A stretch of DNA of 64,000 nucleotides from an uncultured cyanobacterium (GCA_963718615.1 OY970368.1:3232001-3296000); one strand, 5' to 3'. Positions 1 through 9,226 are shown, counted from the stretch's first letter. The notes: generated from the sequence alone by a model not told the origin. Program-made: numbers and translations.

Positions 1-32
1 AAATAAAAAAATGATCCAGTTCAAGGCACTCT

Positions 33-285
33 TTATGCACAGTCCATAACCTCACTAGCAGTCTTCGCTTCAGTAAATGACGGCTCAAACTGCAAAACCA
101 TAATCTGCTCTGGCTGCAATCCTAATGACTCATAAACTCGACCATGCCGATCGCCAAATTCTACCTCAAACGCTGCACCCTCTGCAAGAATTTCAACGAC
201 GGTTCCCACTTGACCGCGCCATAGATTATCCTGTGGCAGATCAATGGTGAGTGCGACGACATCAAGTAAGTGAATTGAACTTAGT
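33..285 (-). pseudogene. DUF4926-family protein, 5'-truncated
   Basis: Manual translation gives SIHLLDVVALTIDLPQDNLWRGQVGTVVEILAEGAAFEVEFGDRHGRVYESLGL...MDCA*. No start codon precedes the conserved N-terminus before the next upstream in-frame stop. Confidence 0.75.
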
Positions 286-375
286 GAGATATGCCTAAAG
301 CGTGCAAAAGAGCATTACGATCGGTACTACAAAGAGCGTTTAGAGGAGAATAAAGATGATGACCGAGGAAATTAA
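274..375 (+). pseudogene. C-terminal remnant of a RelE/HigB (Gp49-like) toxin
   Basis: Frame reads IELSEICLKRAKEHYDRYY...*, resembling the Gp49-type C-terminus (IELIxxRLKxAxxHY). It overlaps the start of the XRE antitoxin; in-frame stop at 271-273. Confidence 0.55.
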
Positions 376-739
376 GGTGCAACCTAGCAGTGGCAACGTG
401 TTTGCAGATCTAGGACTTGTAAATTCTGATGAATTATGGATTAAGGCAGAACTTGTCCGACAAATCAGTAATTTGATTGACGCTAAGAACTTGACTCAAA
501 CTGAAGCAGCAAAGCTTCTTGGGATAGACCAACCTAAAGTCTCTGCTCTCTTAAACGGAAAACTCTCTGGATTCTCAACTGACCGTCTGTTTAGATTCTT
601 GAATGCTCTTGGCAGCGATGTGGAAATTCGAGTTACTCCCAAACCTAGACTAGAATCTCAGGCTCAAACAAGAATTGTTACTTATCAAGTGTCAAGACAT
701 TTGCCTGTCGCGACAATTAGAAGGCGGGGAGCCCACTGA
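356..739 (+). CDS. XRE-family HTH antitoxin (HigA-like); C-terminus extended by IS read-through
   Basis: SSGNVFADLG...LTQTEAAKLLGIDQPKVSALLNGKLSGFSTDRL motif. Residues encoded after position 682 come from the IS21. Confidence 0.85.
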   Translation: MMTEEIKVQPSSGNVFADLGLVNSDELWIKAELVRQISNLIDAKNLTQTEAAKLLGIDQPKVSALLNGKLSGFSTDRLFRFLNALGSDVEIRVTPKPRLESQAQTRIVTYQVSRHLPVATIRRRGAH

Positions 740-787
740 ATTGGCAAAAGGAAATGAGAAGCGGCAATCTCAGGTCAAGACGACAAT

Positions 788-1702
788 CTAAGATCGCTTC
801 TGGTGTGTCGATGTTTGGGAGTCAGATTCAGAGGATTTTGCCGGGAGTGCCTTCAAGTTCTCAGAGCGCTGGTGAGCGGAGCGTTTACGAAAACTGTCCG
901 CCTTGATTTCGAGAATGACCGCATGGTGAATGAGGCGGTCAACGGCGGCGACGGTCATCATGGAATCACCAAAGATGGAGTTCCACTCACTGAACGGCTG
1001 ATTGGCAGTGACCATGATGCTTTTGCGCTCATAGCGATAGGCAATGAGTTCAAAGAGAACGGAGGTTTCTGCCTCGGATTTTTGGACATAGCCGAGGTCA
1101 TCAATGATCACGAGGTCAAAGCGGTCGAGCTTTTTCAGGGCAGGCTGAAGCTGGAGATGAAGCTTTTCTTTTTGGAGATACTGCACCAGGGTGGTGGCAC
1201 AGAAGAATTTGACGCGCTTGCCCGCTTCCAGGGCGGCACGAGCGATGCCAGCGGCCAGATGGGTTTTGCCGACCCCAGAAGGTCCGAAGAAGAGACAGTT
1301 TTGGGCGTCATCAATCCACTGGGGTTCAGTGGCGAGTTTTTGAATCGGGAGAGGGTTAACCAGGGGCAGGTGTGTCCAATCGAAATTGGAAACCGTTTTG
1401 GCGTTGGGCAGTTGAGCTTCGGTGATGGCTCTTTGGAGGCGCAAAGCCTTGCGGCGGTCTGTTTCGAGTTGGCACAGGGCCAAGAGAAATTGCGCGTAGG
1501 ACCAGGTCTCTCGCATGGCTTGCTGCTCCAAGGTCTCCCAGTGGTTGAGCATATGGGATAAGCGCAGGTGCTTGAGCTGAGCGCTGAGGCTTTGGTAAGG
1601 GCTCAGCTCCGGTTGAGACGAGCTCTGGTTCTGCATCTGGGATGACGCTGCTGTGGGTGAACAGAAGGGCATCGTAGTCGTTGAGGTCATGTTGTTGGAC
1701 AT
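788..1702 (-). CDS. istB: IS21 helper AAA+ ATPase IstB (start may be 1636)
   Basis: Walker A GPSGVGKT, Walker B LVIIDDLGY, AVDRLIHH motif. Confidence 0.95.
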   Translation of the reverse strand: MSNNMTSTTTMPFCSPTAASSQMQNQSSSQPELSPYQSLSAQLKHLRLSHMLNHWETLEQQAMRETWSYAQFLLALCQLETDRRKALRLQRAITEAQLPNAKTVSNFDWTHLPLVNPLPIQKLATEPQWIDDAQNCLFFGPSGVGKTHLAAGIARAALEAGKRVKFFCATTLVQYLQKEKLHLQLQPALKKLDRFDLVIIDDLGYVQKSEAETSVLFELIAYRYERKSIMVTANQPFSEWNSIFGDSMMTVAAVDRLIHHAVILEIKADSFRKRSAHQRSENLKALPAKSSESDSQTSTHQKRS

Positions 1703-3146
1703 TCACGGTGGGGAATTCGAGTTTGGTGAGCAACTGAAAATGGAGTCTGAGCCTTGAGAGGGTGAGGGTTTTGGCCTCAATCTCTGGGAAGAGGTAGTCA
1801 GCGACCGCCGCTTCCTTGTTTTGGGTCGCCGCAATATAGAGGGCTTCGACCATGAGCACGGCGGCAGAATCAAGCTCAAAGCCAGCCTGGAGCTGTTTCC
1901 AGAGTTGGTGATAGCGCTCATTGGGCAGGAGGTCCTCTCGCCAGGTGCTGTGGAGGAAGGCCAAGGGCTTTTTGCGCAACCCTTCGATGACATGGTGATA
2001 GTCCACCGAGCGGGCGCGCCGCTTGTCCTTGTCAGTAGAACGAATCCGTTTCAACCTGAACACTTCATGGCCTTCGAGGTAGCCCATCAGGCGGTTGTGG
2101 TGCAGATGCACTTCCAGGGACCGGCCAATTAAGCGAGACGGCACGCTGTAGAGCATGCAGCGGATATCAATCGTGCTGTTGCTGCTCACCTTAGCGGTGA
2201 GGAGTTCGTAGTCCGCAGCCCGGTATTTGGGCAACGCCTGGAGATGCGCTTTCTCATGCTCATACTTATCCTGATGCTGGGCATTGAGCTTGGCCACACA
2301 GTCATTGAGCAGGTCTTGATAGTCGCTGACGCTAGCGAAGTCGGTGCTGCCGCGCAGGTACATCGCTTGGACAATGCGGTTCTTCAGATGACCGTGGGGG
2401 CCTTCAATAGAACCGTTCTCGTGGGCGATTCCCCGGTTGTTTCGCGTCGGTTGCAACCGATAGTGCTCACACAGGTCGTCATACAAGCGCGTCAGCGGTT
2501 TGGTCTTCTTCCCACCCAGATTTCGATAGGCCGCACTCAGGCTATCGGTGCGATGCTGCTTTGGAGCCCCGCCGCAGGCAAACAGGGCATTCTGCAATCC
2601 TTCGGATAGGGCGACAAAGCTTTCACCCCCCTCGATTAACTCCGCGTAGGACCAGCCGCTGTAGCCCAAGCGGTAGTGATAAATCAAGTGCTCATAGGGC
2701 TTTCCATTTATCGTCACCACCGTCCCTTTGAGTTCGGTGAAGTCGGAAAATCCTTGCACCCCCGGCTCGTGACGCAGCTCAAACATCACCTCGGGAGCTG
2801 GACCATACAGTGCTTTCCAGGTTCTCACTCGCCGCTGAAGCGTCCTGAGCACTTGCGGATATTGACCCGGATATTTGTCCTGCAAATGCTCAAATAACGT
2901 CGTCGGTTTCAGTCTTGGCTCAGCTCGCAGCATCGCCTCTAGTTCGGCTTCCCAAAGACCGTTGAGTGGATCTGGCCGGGTCCGCACCCCGGTGCCCTCT
3001 CCACTCCCCTGCTGCCACTCGTTGGCATCCATTCGTTGCGCGGTTCGCACCGAAAATTCCGCCACCGCTGCCGCATCTTGCTGCGACAGGCCATGCTCCT
3101 TTGCATTCATGTACACTCGCTGTTGATACATTATTACTCTCGACAC
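1356..3146 (-). CDS. istA: IS21 DDE transposase IstA
   Basis: HEPG..GFSDFT, HRTDSLSAA, HENGSIE, YSVPSRLIG motifs. Confidence 0.93.
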   Translation of the reverse strand: MSRVIMYQQRVYMNAKEHGLSQQDAAAVAEFSVRTAQRMDANEWQQGSGEGTGVRTRPDPLNGLWEAELEAMLRAEPRLKPTTLFEHLQDKYPGQYPQVLRTLQRRVRTWKALYGPAPEVMFELRHEPGVQGFSDFTELKGTVVTINGKPYEHLIYHYRLGYSGWSYAELIEGGESFVALSEGLQNALFACGGAPKQHRTDSLSAAYRNLGGKKTKPLTRLYDDLCEHYRLQPTRNNRGIAHENGSIEGPHGHLKNRIVQAMYLRGSTDFASVSDYQDLLNDCVAKLNAQHQDKYEHEKAHLQALPKYRAADYELLTAKVSSNSTIDIRCMLYSVPSRLIGRSLEVHLHHNRLMGYLEGHEVFRLKRIRSTDKDKRRARSVDYHHVIEGLRKKPLAFLHSTWREDLLPNERYHQLWKQLQAGFELDSAAVLMVEALYIAATQNKEAAVADYLFPEIEAKTLTLSRLRLHFQLLTKLEFPTVNVQQHDLNDYDALLFTHSSVIPDAEPELVSTGAEPLPKPQRSAQAPALIPYAQPLGDLGAASHARDLVLRAISLGPVPTRNRPPQGFAPPKSHHRSSTAQRQNGFQFRLDTPAPG

Positions 3147-3423
3147 TCGTTAGAGTCCTTTCTTTCCAGGGGGACCCTATGAGTGTCTTTTTTTGTCGAT
3201 CGCCACGCCAGTGAGCTGTCAAAGTCTCACGTCTGTCTCACGATCCAAGCCACGCTTTCGCGACAACTCCCGCCAGGAAATGTCGAGCAGCCGCCAATGC
3301 TATTGTCGTCTAACAGTTACTGCTTGATTATCGGCAGACGAGGCAAATTTTGAAACTCAACCCTCCTCTCCTATATCACTCTATTTCGCTGCAAGCTCCT
3401 GTAGGACCTGAGTGCCGAAGCCA

Positions 3424-3819
3424 CTAACCGTGATTATTATCTTGGATCTGTGCAGACGTTATCATGCCCCGATCCACAAACTTCTCTAAAGTCAGAACGG
3501 AAGGACTTAAGGCAGCAACTATTGACCGCAAATCTGCCTCTGTGTAGCCAAGTTCCTTTAATATCGCTATCTTTTCACGCACGCTTCTTAGTGCGGTTGC
3601 TTGTAACTCTTCTTCCAATATCTGATTTCTTATGTTTCTTTCACGAGATGCAGTCTTGACATCAATTAGCTTGATAATTACGTCTTTGAGGTGACCTAAT
3701 GCTTGTCCTAAACCTGTGAAATCTGTAACCCCTGGCGAAGCGTATGTGCAACAGCGCACCATTAAGCGTTCATCATTTTCCAGAGATTCAAAAGAACTAC
3801 CAATATGCAAGACCAGCAA
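3424..3819 (-). pseudogene. Hypothetical protein, probably the 3' part of a decayed cassette gene
   Basis: 131-aa ORF starts at TTG immediately after an in-frame stop; the 270 bp up to the attC-like site contain only broken frames. Confidence 0.45.
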
Positions 3820-4088
3820 CTAATCCAGCCAGCAAATGCGCATTCATCATATCCCTTCACAGAGATGCCGAAAACTCTTTTCGCTCTCTAGGTTCTTGTT
3901 CATCTGGAGGTGCAGAATCTTTATCAAGAATTGCGATCCTCGTGCGATTGCCGTCAGTATTAATAAAAGCCTGAATACCCGTCAAAAGACCAGTAGCAAA
4001 CATAATGCCACGCAAAAGTTAAGAAATTTGATAAGCTTCACCGTTGCGTTAACTCCATCCCGCCACAATCATTTTGTCCAATTGGATT

Positions 4089-4178
4089 GCATAAAATGAC
4101 CAAGTTCACCGGACGCAGATAACCTTGACAGTTTTAAACAACCAGCTTGCGGCGTTCTAGTGCAGCAACTTTTTCTGC
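4089..4178 (-). other. Degenerate integron attC-like recombination site
   Basis: Minus strand: GCAGAAA-AAGTTGCTGCACTAGAACGC...GCGTCCGGTGAACTTGGTCA-T-TTTATGC. Nested imperfect inverted repeats lie 46 bp after the deaminase stop. Confidence 0.6.
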
Positions 4179-4224
4179 GTATTATTGCTTGAAGAGAATT
4201 GTCAGACAATACAATTTAAATAGA

Positions 4225-5031
4225 CTAGTTTTGATTTCTCACTTCCCATTGAAATATTATATCATTTTCAAATATATCGATTAATTTAATGAGTACGAAA
4301 AAAGTCGATCCGACTGGTTGTATGATTGCAATCATTCCTTTTTCCATTCTCGCGAAGTGACTAGGAAACCTAAAAACCATTGGATCAGTGATGTCTCCAA
4401 AGCTGCTTGCTCCCGCAGCCACTCTTACAGCGCCATTATTACTCGAAAGATCTACAGATCCATGAGTTGGCTGTAAAGTAACCCATTTTATAGGGATGCT
4501 TCGTAAATCTGTTTTACTGAAATGCACTTCAATACTTATCCCACTGTGAACTACTGGAACACGTCTCTTGCCATTACCGTAGATTTTGTGTATTTCTCCA
4601 TATTCAAACGCTTCTTCCTCAACAGCAGCTCGTAACTTCCTATTAAAAAAACTCACGCTTATATTGTTTTCTAACAATTTCCTAAATCCTTGTGAATAAA
4701 TCGTTCCGTTAGGATCTAAGACACCTATAACAACTTCAGTTATTCCTGAGTTGATTATTAACTCTGCACAAGATTGAATATCTTGGTCATCAAATAGTTT
4801 AACGCACGGCTCTAAAGTTGTGTAGATAGTTGAGCCACGAAGTTGATCGGCACATATTTTCTCTATTGCTACACGTTCGGCATGGTCATTACCCCGTTCA
4901 CCACGATAGCCAGTTGCAAGAAGTTCTCCGCTTTTCGCGATCACAGCCCCCACCCGAGGATATTTCGTACATTTGAGGTGTTCCTCAATTGCCATTTTCA
5001 TAAAGTCTGTTTTTGAAAATATTTTTATCAT
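4225..5031 (-). CDS. Zn-dependent nucleotide deaminase (RibD/dCMP deaminase fold) with an unknown C-terminal domain
   Basis: HAE, TTLEPC-x11-C and VIGVLDPN motifs; no RibD reductase domain; AT-rich. Confidence 0.85.
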   Translation of the reverse strand: MIKIFSKTDFMKMAIEEHLKCTKYPRVGAVIAKSGELLATGYRGERGNDHAERVAIEKICADQLRGSTIYTTLEPCVKLFDDQDIQSCAELIINSGITEVVIGVLDPNGTIYSQGFRKLLENNISVSFFNRKLRAAVEEEAFEYGEIHKIYGNGKRRVPVVHSGISIEVHFSKTDLRSIPIKWVTLQPTHGSVDLSSNNGAVRVAAGASSFGDITDPMVFRFPSHFARMEKGMIAIIQPVGSTFFVLIKLIDIFENDIIFQWEVRNQN

Positions 5032-5052
5032 AGCAATTTGTATGCATAACTA

Positions 5053-5325
5053 TTAGCTTTTATGCACTATGTCTAATAACACTCTTCTGCTACTTTTATC
5101 AGGCATTATTACTTGATAACGATCCCAAGCAGCGGCTCCAATCCACGTCTCGCTATTATAGATCAATCTTGTGAGTTTGTCTGCCTTAGGCTTGTTATGC
5201 CGTAGCTTTCGACGACTTACATGCCCCTCTTCGTCTAATCCAGATCCTCGCTTACACGATATAATCTCCTCAGAGTCAATTACTCTGGTTAAGTTAGGCT
5301 CAAGTTGGGCTCTTAGAAAGTCCAT
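5053..5325 (-). CDS. Small hypothetical protein or gene fragment
   Basis: 90-aa ATG ORF preceded by ATTAGATGC (core-site-like); no motif recognised. Confidence 0.3.
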   Translation of the reverse strand: MDFLRAQLEPNLTRVIDSEEIISCKRGSGLDEEGHVSRRKLRHNKPKADKLTRLIYNSETWIGAAAWDRYQVIMPDKSSRRVLLDIVHKS

Positions 5326-5381
5326 TTGGCGGCATCTAATTTACCTGGTTAGTGATAAATCTATATGTAGGAAGTTCTTTA

Positions 5382-6185
5382 ATGGGTGAAGCTTGGAATA
5401 AAGTCCAAAAACGCAGGCAAGCAAAAGCAAAATTGTCTGAGCTAATGAGCAAGTCTGATCAGGTAATCGTTATCCATTATTCTTGCGAGAGTTTCTATGA
5501 TAGACCTGATGGGTCATCTCCAAGGATTACCTCTATTGCTGTCCGCAATCTGGATTCCGGTCAAACCACTTCTTTCTCAATCCATCAAATTGCAGAAAGG
5601 AACGGATATTCTGCGATTGCATTGGAACAGCACTACAATGAACTTGAAAAGCTTATGCTAGAAGAGTTTTATGATTTTGTAAGTCGCCATAGTTCGCATA
5701 TTTGGCTGCATTGGAATATGAGAGACATCAATTATGGTTTTCCAGCAATAGCCCACCGTTTCAAAGTTCTTCAGGGCAAACCTGAAGACGTAAATGAGTC
5801 CAAGTTAGTTGATTTGTCCCGTTTACTAATTTCGATTTACAGTGCTGATTATATTCAGCATCCTCGGCTAACAAGTTTAGTGGAAAACAATCAGATAACA
5901 CATAGAGATCTTTTAGTAGGAAAGGCTGAAGCAGATGCCTTTACCGACAAACAATATGTCAAACTTCACCAGTCAACTTTAAGGAAAGTAGATGTCCTTT
6001 CAAATATAGTTGAACGCGCTGCTGATGGCTCACTCAAAACAAATTCAACTTGGAAGGATATTTATGGAGGATACCCAGCCGCAGTTATTGAAATCATCAA
6101 AGAAAATCCTATCATCAGCGCATTGGTTGGTTTAATAGGTTTCATCAGTGCCGTTGTAGGCATCATCACTCTGTTTATCAAATAG
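5382..6185 (+). CDS. Hypothetical protein: divergent DnaQ/RNase H-like fold plus C-terminal transmembrane helix
   Basis: IHYSCESF, RITSIAV, WLHWNMRDINYGF and LVDL segments follow DEDD exonuclease motif order; hydrophobic tail IISALVGLIGFISAVVGIITLFIK. Confidence 0.65.
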   Translation: MGEAWNKVQKRRQAKAKLSELMSKSDQVIVIHYSCESFYDRPDGSSPRITSIAVRNLDSGQTTSFSIHQIAERNGYSAIALEQHYNELEKLMLEEFYDFVSRHSSHIWLHWNMRDINYGFPAIAHRFKVLQGKPEDVNESKLVDLSRLLISIYSADYIQHPRLTSLVENNQITHRDLLVGKAEADAFTDKQYVKLHQSTLRKVDVLSNIVERAADGSLKTNSTWKDIYGGYPAAVIEIIKENPIISALVGLIGFISAVVGIITLFIK

Positions 6186-6234
6186 CAAAGTTTTCTCATT
6201 AAACAAATTTTACGGCATAACAAGTTAGTGTATA

Positions 6235-6372
6235 AGACCTGTTGGATTTTAACAGAAGAAATCGCTGAAACGCGTACCAGGGTTGAGTTTTAGCCATTTT
6301 AATCAAAAAAAAGCTGAAAGTCTTACCAGGAAAAGGTCTCAAGGTTTTTTGAGCTTATAACCCAACAACTCT
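6235..6372. mobile_element. MITE, 138 bp, 18-bp TIRs, ATA duplication
   Basis: AGACCTGTTGGATTTTAA versus reverse complement of TTATAACCCAACAACTCT (14/18 match); ATA on both flanks. Confidence 0.65.
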
Positions 6373-6375
6373 ATA

Positions 6376-6505
6376 GAATTTTTCCGTATATTACCCCCAG
6401 CAAGGGAGCTAGGCAGAAGTTTTCTGTATAGCCCCAGGGCAAAAGCCGAATCTTTCCGCCTATCATCCCAATATCGGCTGATCCGCTGAAATTTTTCGGT
6501 CTATC
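6376..6505. repeat. Four spaced copies of a GAA-(T-rich)-C(C/T/G)G(T/C)(A/C)TA motif
   Basis: Copies start at 6376, 6416, 6448 and 6488 (spacing 40/32/40); the second is palindromic (CAGAA-GTT-TTCTG). Confidence 0.55.
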
Positions 6506-6641
6506 ATAACTGCTCCGCAGAACCTCCAAAAACGCTGCTAGACAAGGCTAAAGAGACAGCCTATCTCACCCATAATACTAATTGTACAGACAAAAATCAA
6601 TATTGAGGGCGGCGGCCCTATACCGCTTGCTAGGGTCATGG

Positions 6642-7781
6642 TCAATGATTTTCTCGGCCCTCCGGCAAAATCAGCATCGCATCACCAAAAGAATAGAAAC
6701 GGTAATTCTGGGCGATCGCCTCCCCATACAACCCCAACAACCGCTCCCGCCCCGTCAACGCACTCACCAACATCATCAAACTCGACTTCGGCAAGTGAAA
6801 ATTGGTAATCAAACCATCTACAACCCGCCAGTCATAACCCGGATAAATAAACAAATTCACCTTCTCTCGAATCGATTGCAAACCCCCAGATTGGGCAGCA
6901 CCCTCTAGCGATCGCACCGCCGTCGTCCCCACCGCAATCACCCGCCCCCCCCTCGCCTTCGTCGCCTCAATCTGCGCCACCGTTGCCGGCGAAACCTCTA
7001 CCCATTCCCCATGCATTTGATGATCCGTAATCCGCTCCGCCTCCACCGGACGGAACGTGCCAACCCCCACATGCAGCGTCACAAAAGCTTGGTCAATGCC
7101 CTTTGCCTTAAGTGTTTCCAGCAATTCTGGCGTAAAGTGCAGCCCCGCTGTCGGCGCAGCAACTGCACCTAAAGTTGAACTGTAAACTGTTTGATACTGT
7201 TCCGCCTCCGCTTGCGAATTCTCAATATAGGGAGGCAACGGCACCTGACCCCAACGATCGAGACAGGACCAAAACGACTCCCCCGGCGGCACAACAAATT
7301 GCAAGACTCGACCCCCCGTTGCCGGATCATGGCTGAGCACCTGGGCTTGCAGCGAAGCTTCAGGCGCTTCAAAGGCATCGGATGTTGTCCCTGGAGACTC
7401 GAAGGCGATCGCCGCCCCCGGTTTCAACCGCCGCCCCGGCTTCACCAAAGCCAACCAACGCTCCGGCCCCTGTTCCTCCAGCAATAACACTTCCACCCTT
7501 GCCCCCTGTTGGTAGGAACCGCCTAGGGTGACATTGAGCTTATGGCCATAGAGCCGAGCGGGCAAAACCCGCGTATTATTCATCACCAACAAATCCCCCG
7601 GCTGTAGCAGCTCCGGCAGCTCGTGGAAAATGCGATGCTGATGGGTCGTGACCGAATCTACCACCAAGAGACGGGCGCGATCGCGAGGGACCATCGGGTT
7701 TTGGGCGATATGGCCCTCGGGCAAATCGTAGTCATAGCTGGAGAGCAGCAGGTCGGCCTCCGCAGAAGAAACAGAAGACAA
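6642..7781 (-). CDS. queA: S-adenosylmethionine:tRNA ribosyltransferase-isomerase
   Basis: [46 protein letters not shown]. Confidence 0.97.
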   Translation of the reverse strand: MSSVSSAEADLLLSSYDYDLPEGHIAQNPMVPRDRARLLVVDSVTTHQHRIFHELPELLQPGDLLVMNNTRVLPARLYGHKLNVTLGGSYQQGARVEVLLLEEQGPERWLALVKPGRRLKPGAAIAFESPGTTSDAFEAPEASLQAQVLSHDPATGGRVLQFVVPPGESFWSCLDRWGQVPLPPYIENSQAEAEQYQTVYSSTLGAVAAPTAGLHFTPELLETLKAKGIDQAFVTLHVGVGTFRPVEAERITDHQMHGEWVEVSPATVAQIEATKARGGRVIAVGTTAVRSLEGAAQSGGLQSIREKVNLFIYPGYDWRVVDGLITNFHLPKSSLMMLVSALTGRERLLGLYGEAIAQNYRFYSFGDAMLILPEGRENH

Positions 7782-7940
7782 AATCGAGAATGCTTGCTTG
7801 TGAGAAGAACAATCTCTATTCTCTCAAAAGACGCAGAAATGCATACAGAATCCGGTTATCTTGAGTTTCGTCCCCATTCCCTTGCAGTTCCCTTGCCGTT
7901 AGGGACTCGGCTGTTCATCTGACCCGTCAACCTGAGGACT

Positions 7941-8660
7941 ATGGCATCTTCCTACAAATGGCCTTTGATGGTCGCCTTCCTAGTCGCCACTGGCTTTTCG
8001 ATTTGGACAGGGGCAGAGCTCGCCCGCAAGCAGCGCCAGCCGTTTCAGCCCCGCCCAGCGGCAACCGCTCGGGCCAGCGAAGACATCAACAATTCCCGTT
8101 CAGCCCTCACGCCCTCTCAGCCGACCGAGTCAGGGAATATCACCGTTGAAAGCTGCAAAATCACCATGGCTCAGGTGCAGGATCCTCAGCCGCCCTTGAG
8201 TATTCGCGATCGCCCCACCCCCCAAGGCAACGTGATTGGGGAAATCGCCAATGACGAAATTATTGATGTGAACGGTTCTCAAGGGGACTGGTTTTCCATC
8301 AGCAACCCCGTGCAGGGATGGATTCCCCGTGGATACACCGCCTATGGTTGCAATACGAAAATCGCCCGCGTAGAATTTCCTCGGGGGAAAAAAGGGGTCG
8401 AGTTAACGGGCACCTTTGTGGGCACGGGCATCCATCAATACAAGCTACGGGCCAACCGCAACCAAACGATCACCCTAACCAGCAACGAAGGCCCCATGCC
8501 CATCCTCACAAGCCCCCAAGAGACCGTTCTGTTTTCAGGCCCGCAGGCCGGGGATCCGGAGTCTTGGTCTGGCAAGTTACCCGAGGATGGGGATTATATT
8601 TTGGAGTTGGACTCCGATTTTCGCGGCTATACCTATCGGTTTAATGTTCAAATTGATTAA
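7941..8660 (+). CDS. Membrane-anchored SH3b-domain protein with a PPC-like C-terminal domain
   Basis: N-terminal TM helix; LSIRDRP..WFSISNPVQGWI (SH3b); YKLRANRNQ...GKLPEDGDYILE. Confidence 0.7.
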   Translation: MASSYKWPLMVAFLVATGFSIWTGAELARKQRQPFQPRPAATARASEDINNSRSALTPSQPTESGNITVESCKITMAQVQDPQPPLSIRDRPTPQGNVIGEIANDEIIDVNGSQGDWFSISNPVQGWIPRGYTAYGCNTKIARVEFPRGKKGVELTGTFVGTGIHQYKLRANRNQTITLTSNEGPMPILTSPQETVLFSGPQAGDPESWSGKLPEDGDYILELDSDFRGYTYRFNVQID

Positions 8661-8668
8661 TGTTCAAA

Positions 8669-9109
8669 TTAAATAACCGCAACAAAGCGAATCGGTAAAT
8701 CCAGTCGAGGAACCTGAATCACGGCCATCGGATTCAGCGTGCTCCAAGGGCGAATAAAATGGCTGACATAAACCAATACTTCATCAGTCGTAAATTTGAC
8801 CCGATCGATACTGGGAATCTCGCGGAAACAACCTTCTCCCGCGAAGATGGCGATCGCCATCGACTGATCAAAATTGACCTTCGGCAGTTGGGTGGGATCT
8901 CCCCCATGGAGGAGCCAAACCTGAGCCATGGCTTCGAGACTCTGAAAGCCATGCTGTCCTGCTTGGGGATGGGGAGCAGTCCAAGGAAGATGGACCTCAA
9001 TAGGCAGAGGAGACTGGCGACGACTCACCTCGTGCAAGGCAACGGTAGAACTCCTCTCCACAGCACGGGAGATTTGCCGTTGCTGAGTCCGCTCTACGAT
9101 CATCACCAT
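8669..9109 (-). CDS. Hypothetical protein with a PrcB C-terminal-like domain
   Basis: LPKVNFDQSMAIAIFAGE...MAVIQVPR pattern. Confidence 0.55.
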   Translation of the reverse strand: MVMIVERTQQRQISRAVERSSTVALHEVSRRQSPLPIEVHLPWTAPHPQAGQHGFQSLEAMAQVWLLHGGDPTQLPKVNFDQSMAIAIFAGEGCFREIPSIDRVKFTTDEVLVYVSHFIRPWSTLNPMAVIQVPRLDLPIRFVAVI

Positions 9110-9226
9110 GGCCCTATCTCCAAAAGGATTGAAACAACTACCTGATATTCAAAGATGCCCAAAAAAAAAGACGATGGACAGGGGATTTCGGAGAGTCTTA
9201 CAAAGCTTAACAAAATGGGTTAAACG

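Larger units (their letters stand above)
683..3315 (-). mobile_element. IS21-family insertion sequence with 6-bp target duplication GTTACT
   Basis: istA+istB pair; GTTACT at 677-682 and 3316-3321; imperfect terminal inverted repeats and subterminal CGACAA repeats. Confidence 0.9.

Noticed and set aside
803-1561. Long antisense or alternative-frame ORFs (e.g. 803-1561, 13415-14020, 31551-32105, 61224-61802)
   Set aside because: They shadow well-supported genes in GC-rich DNA and show no motifs.
4225-5031. Calling the deaminase ribD
   Set aside because: No reductase domain, foreign composition and cassette context.
6376-6505. Spaced repeats as a CRISPR array
   Set aside because: Units are only about 16 bp, degenerate and irregularly spaced, and there are no cas genes.
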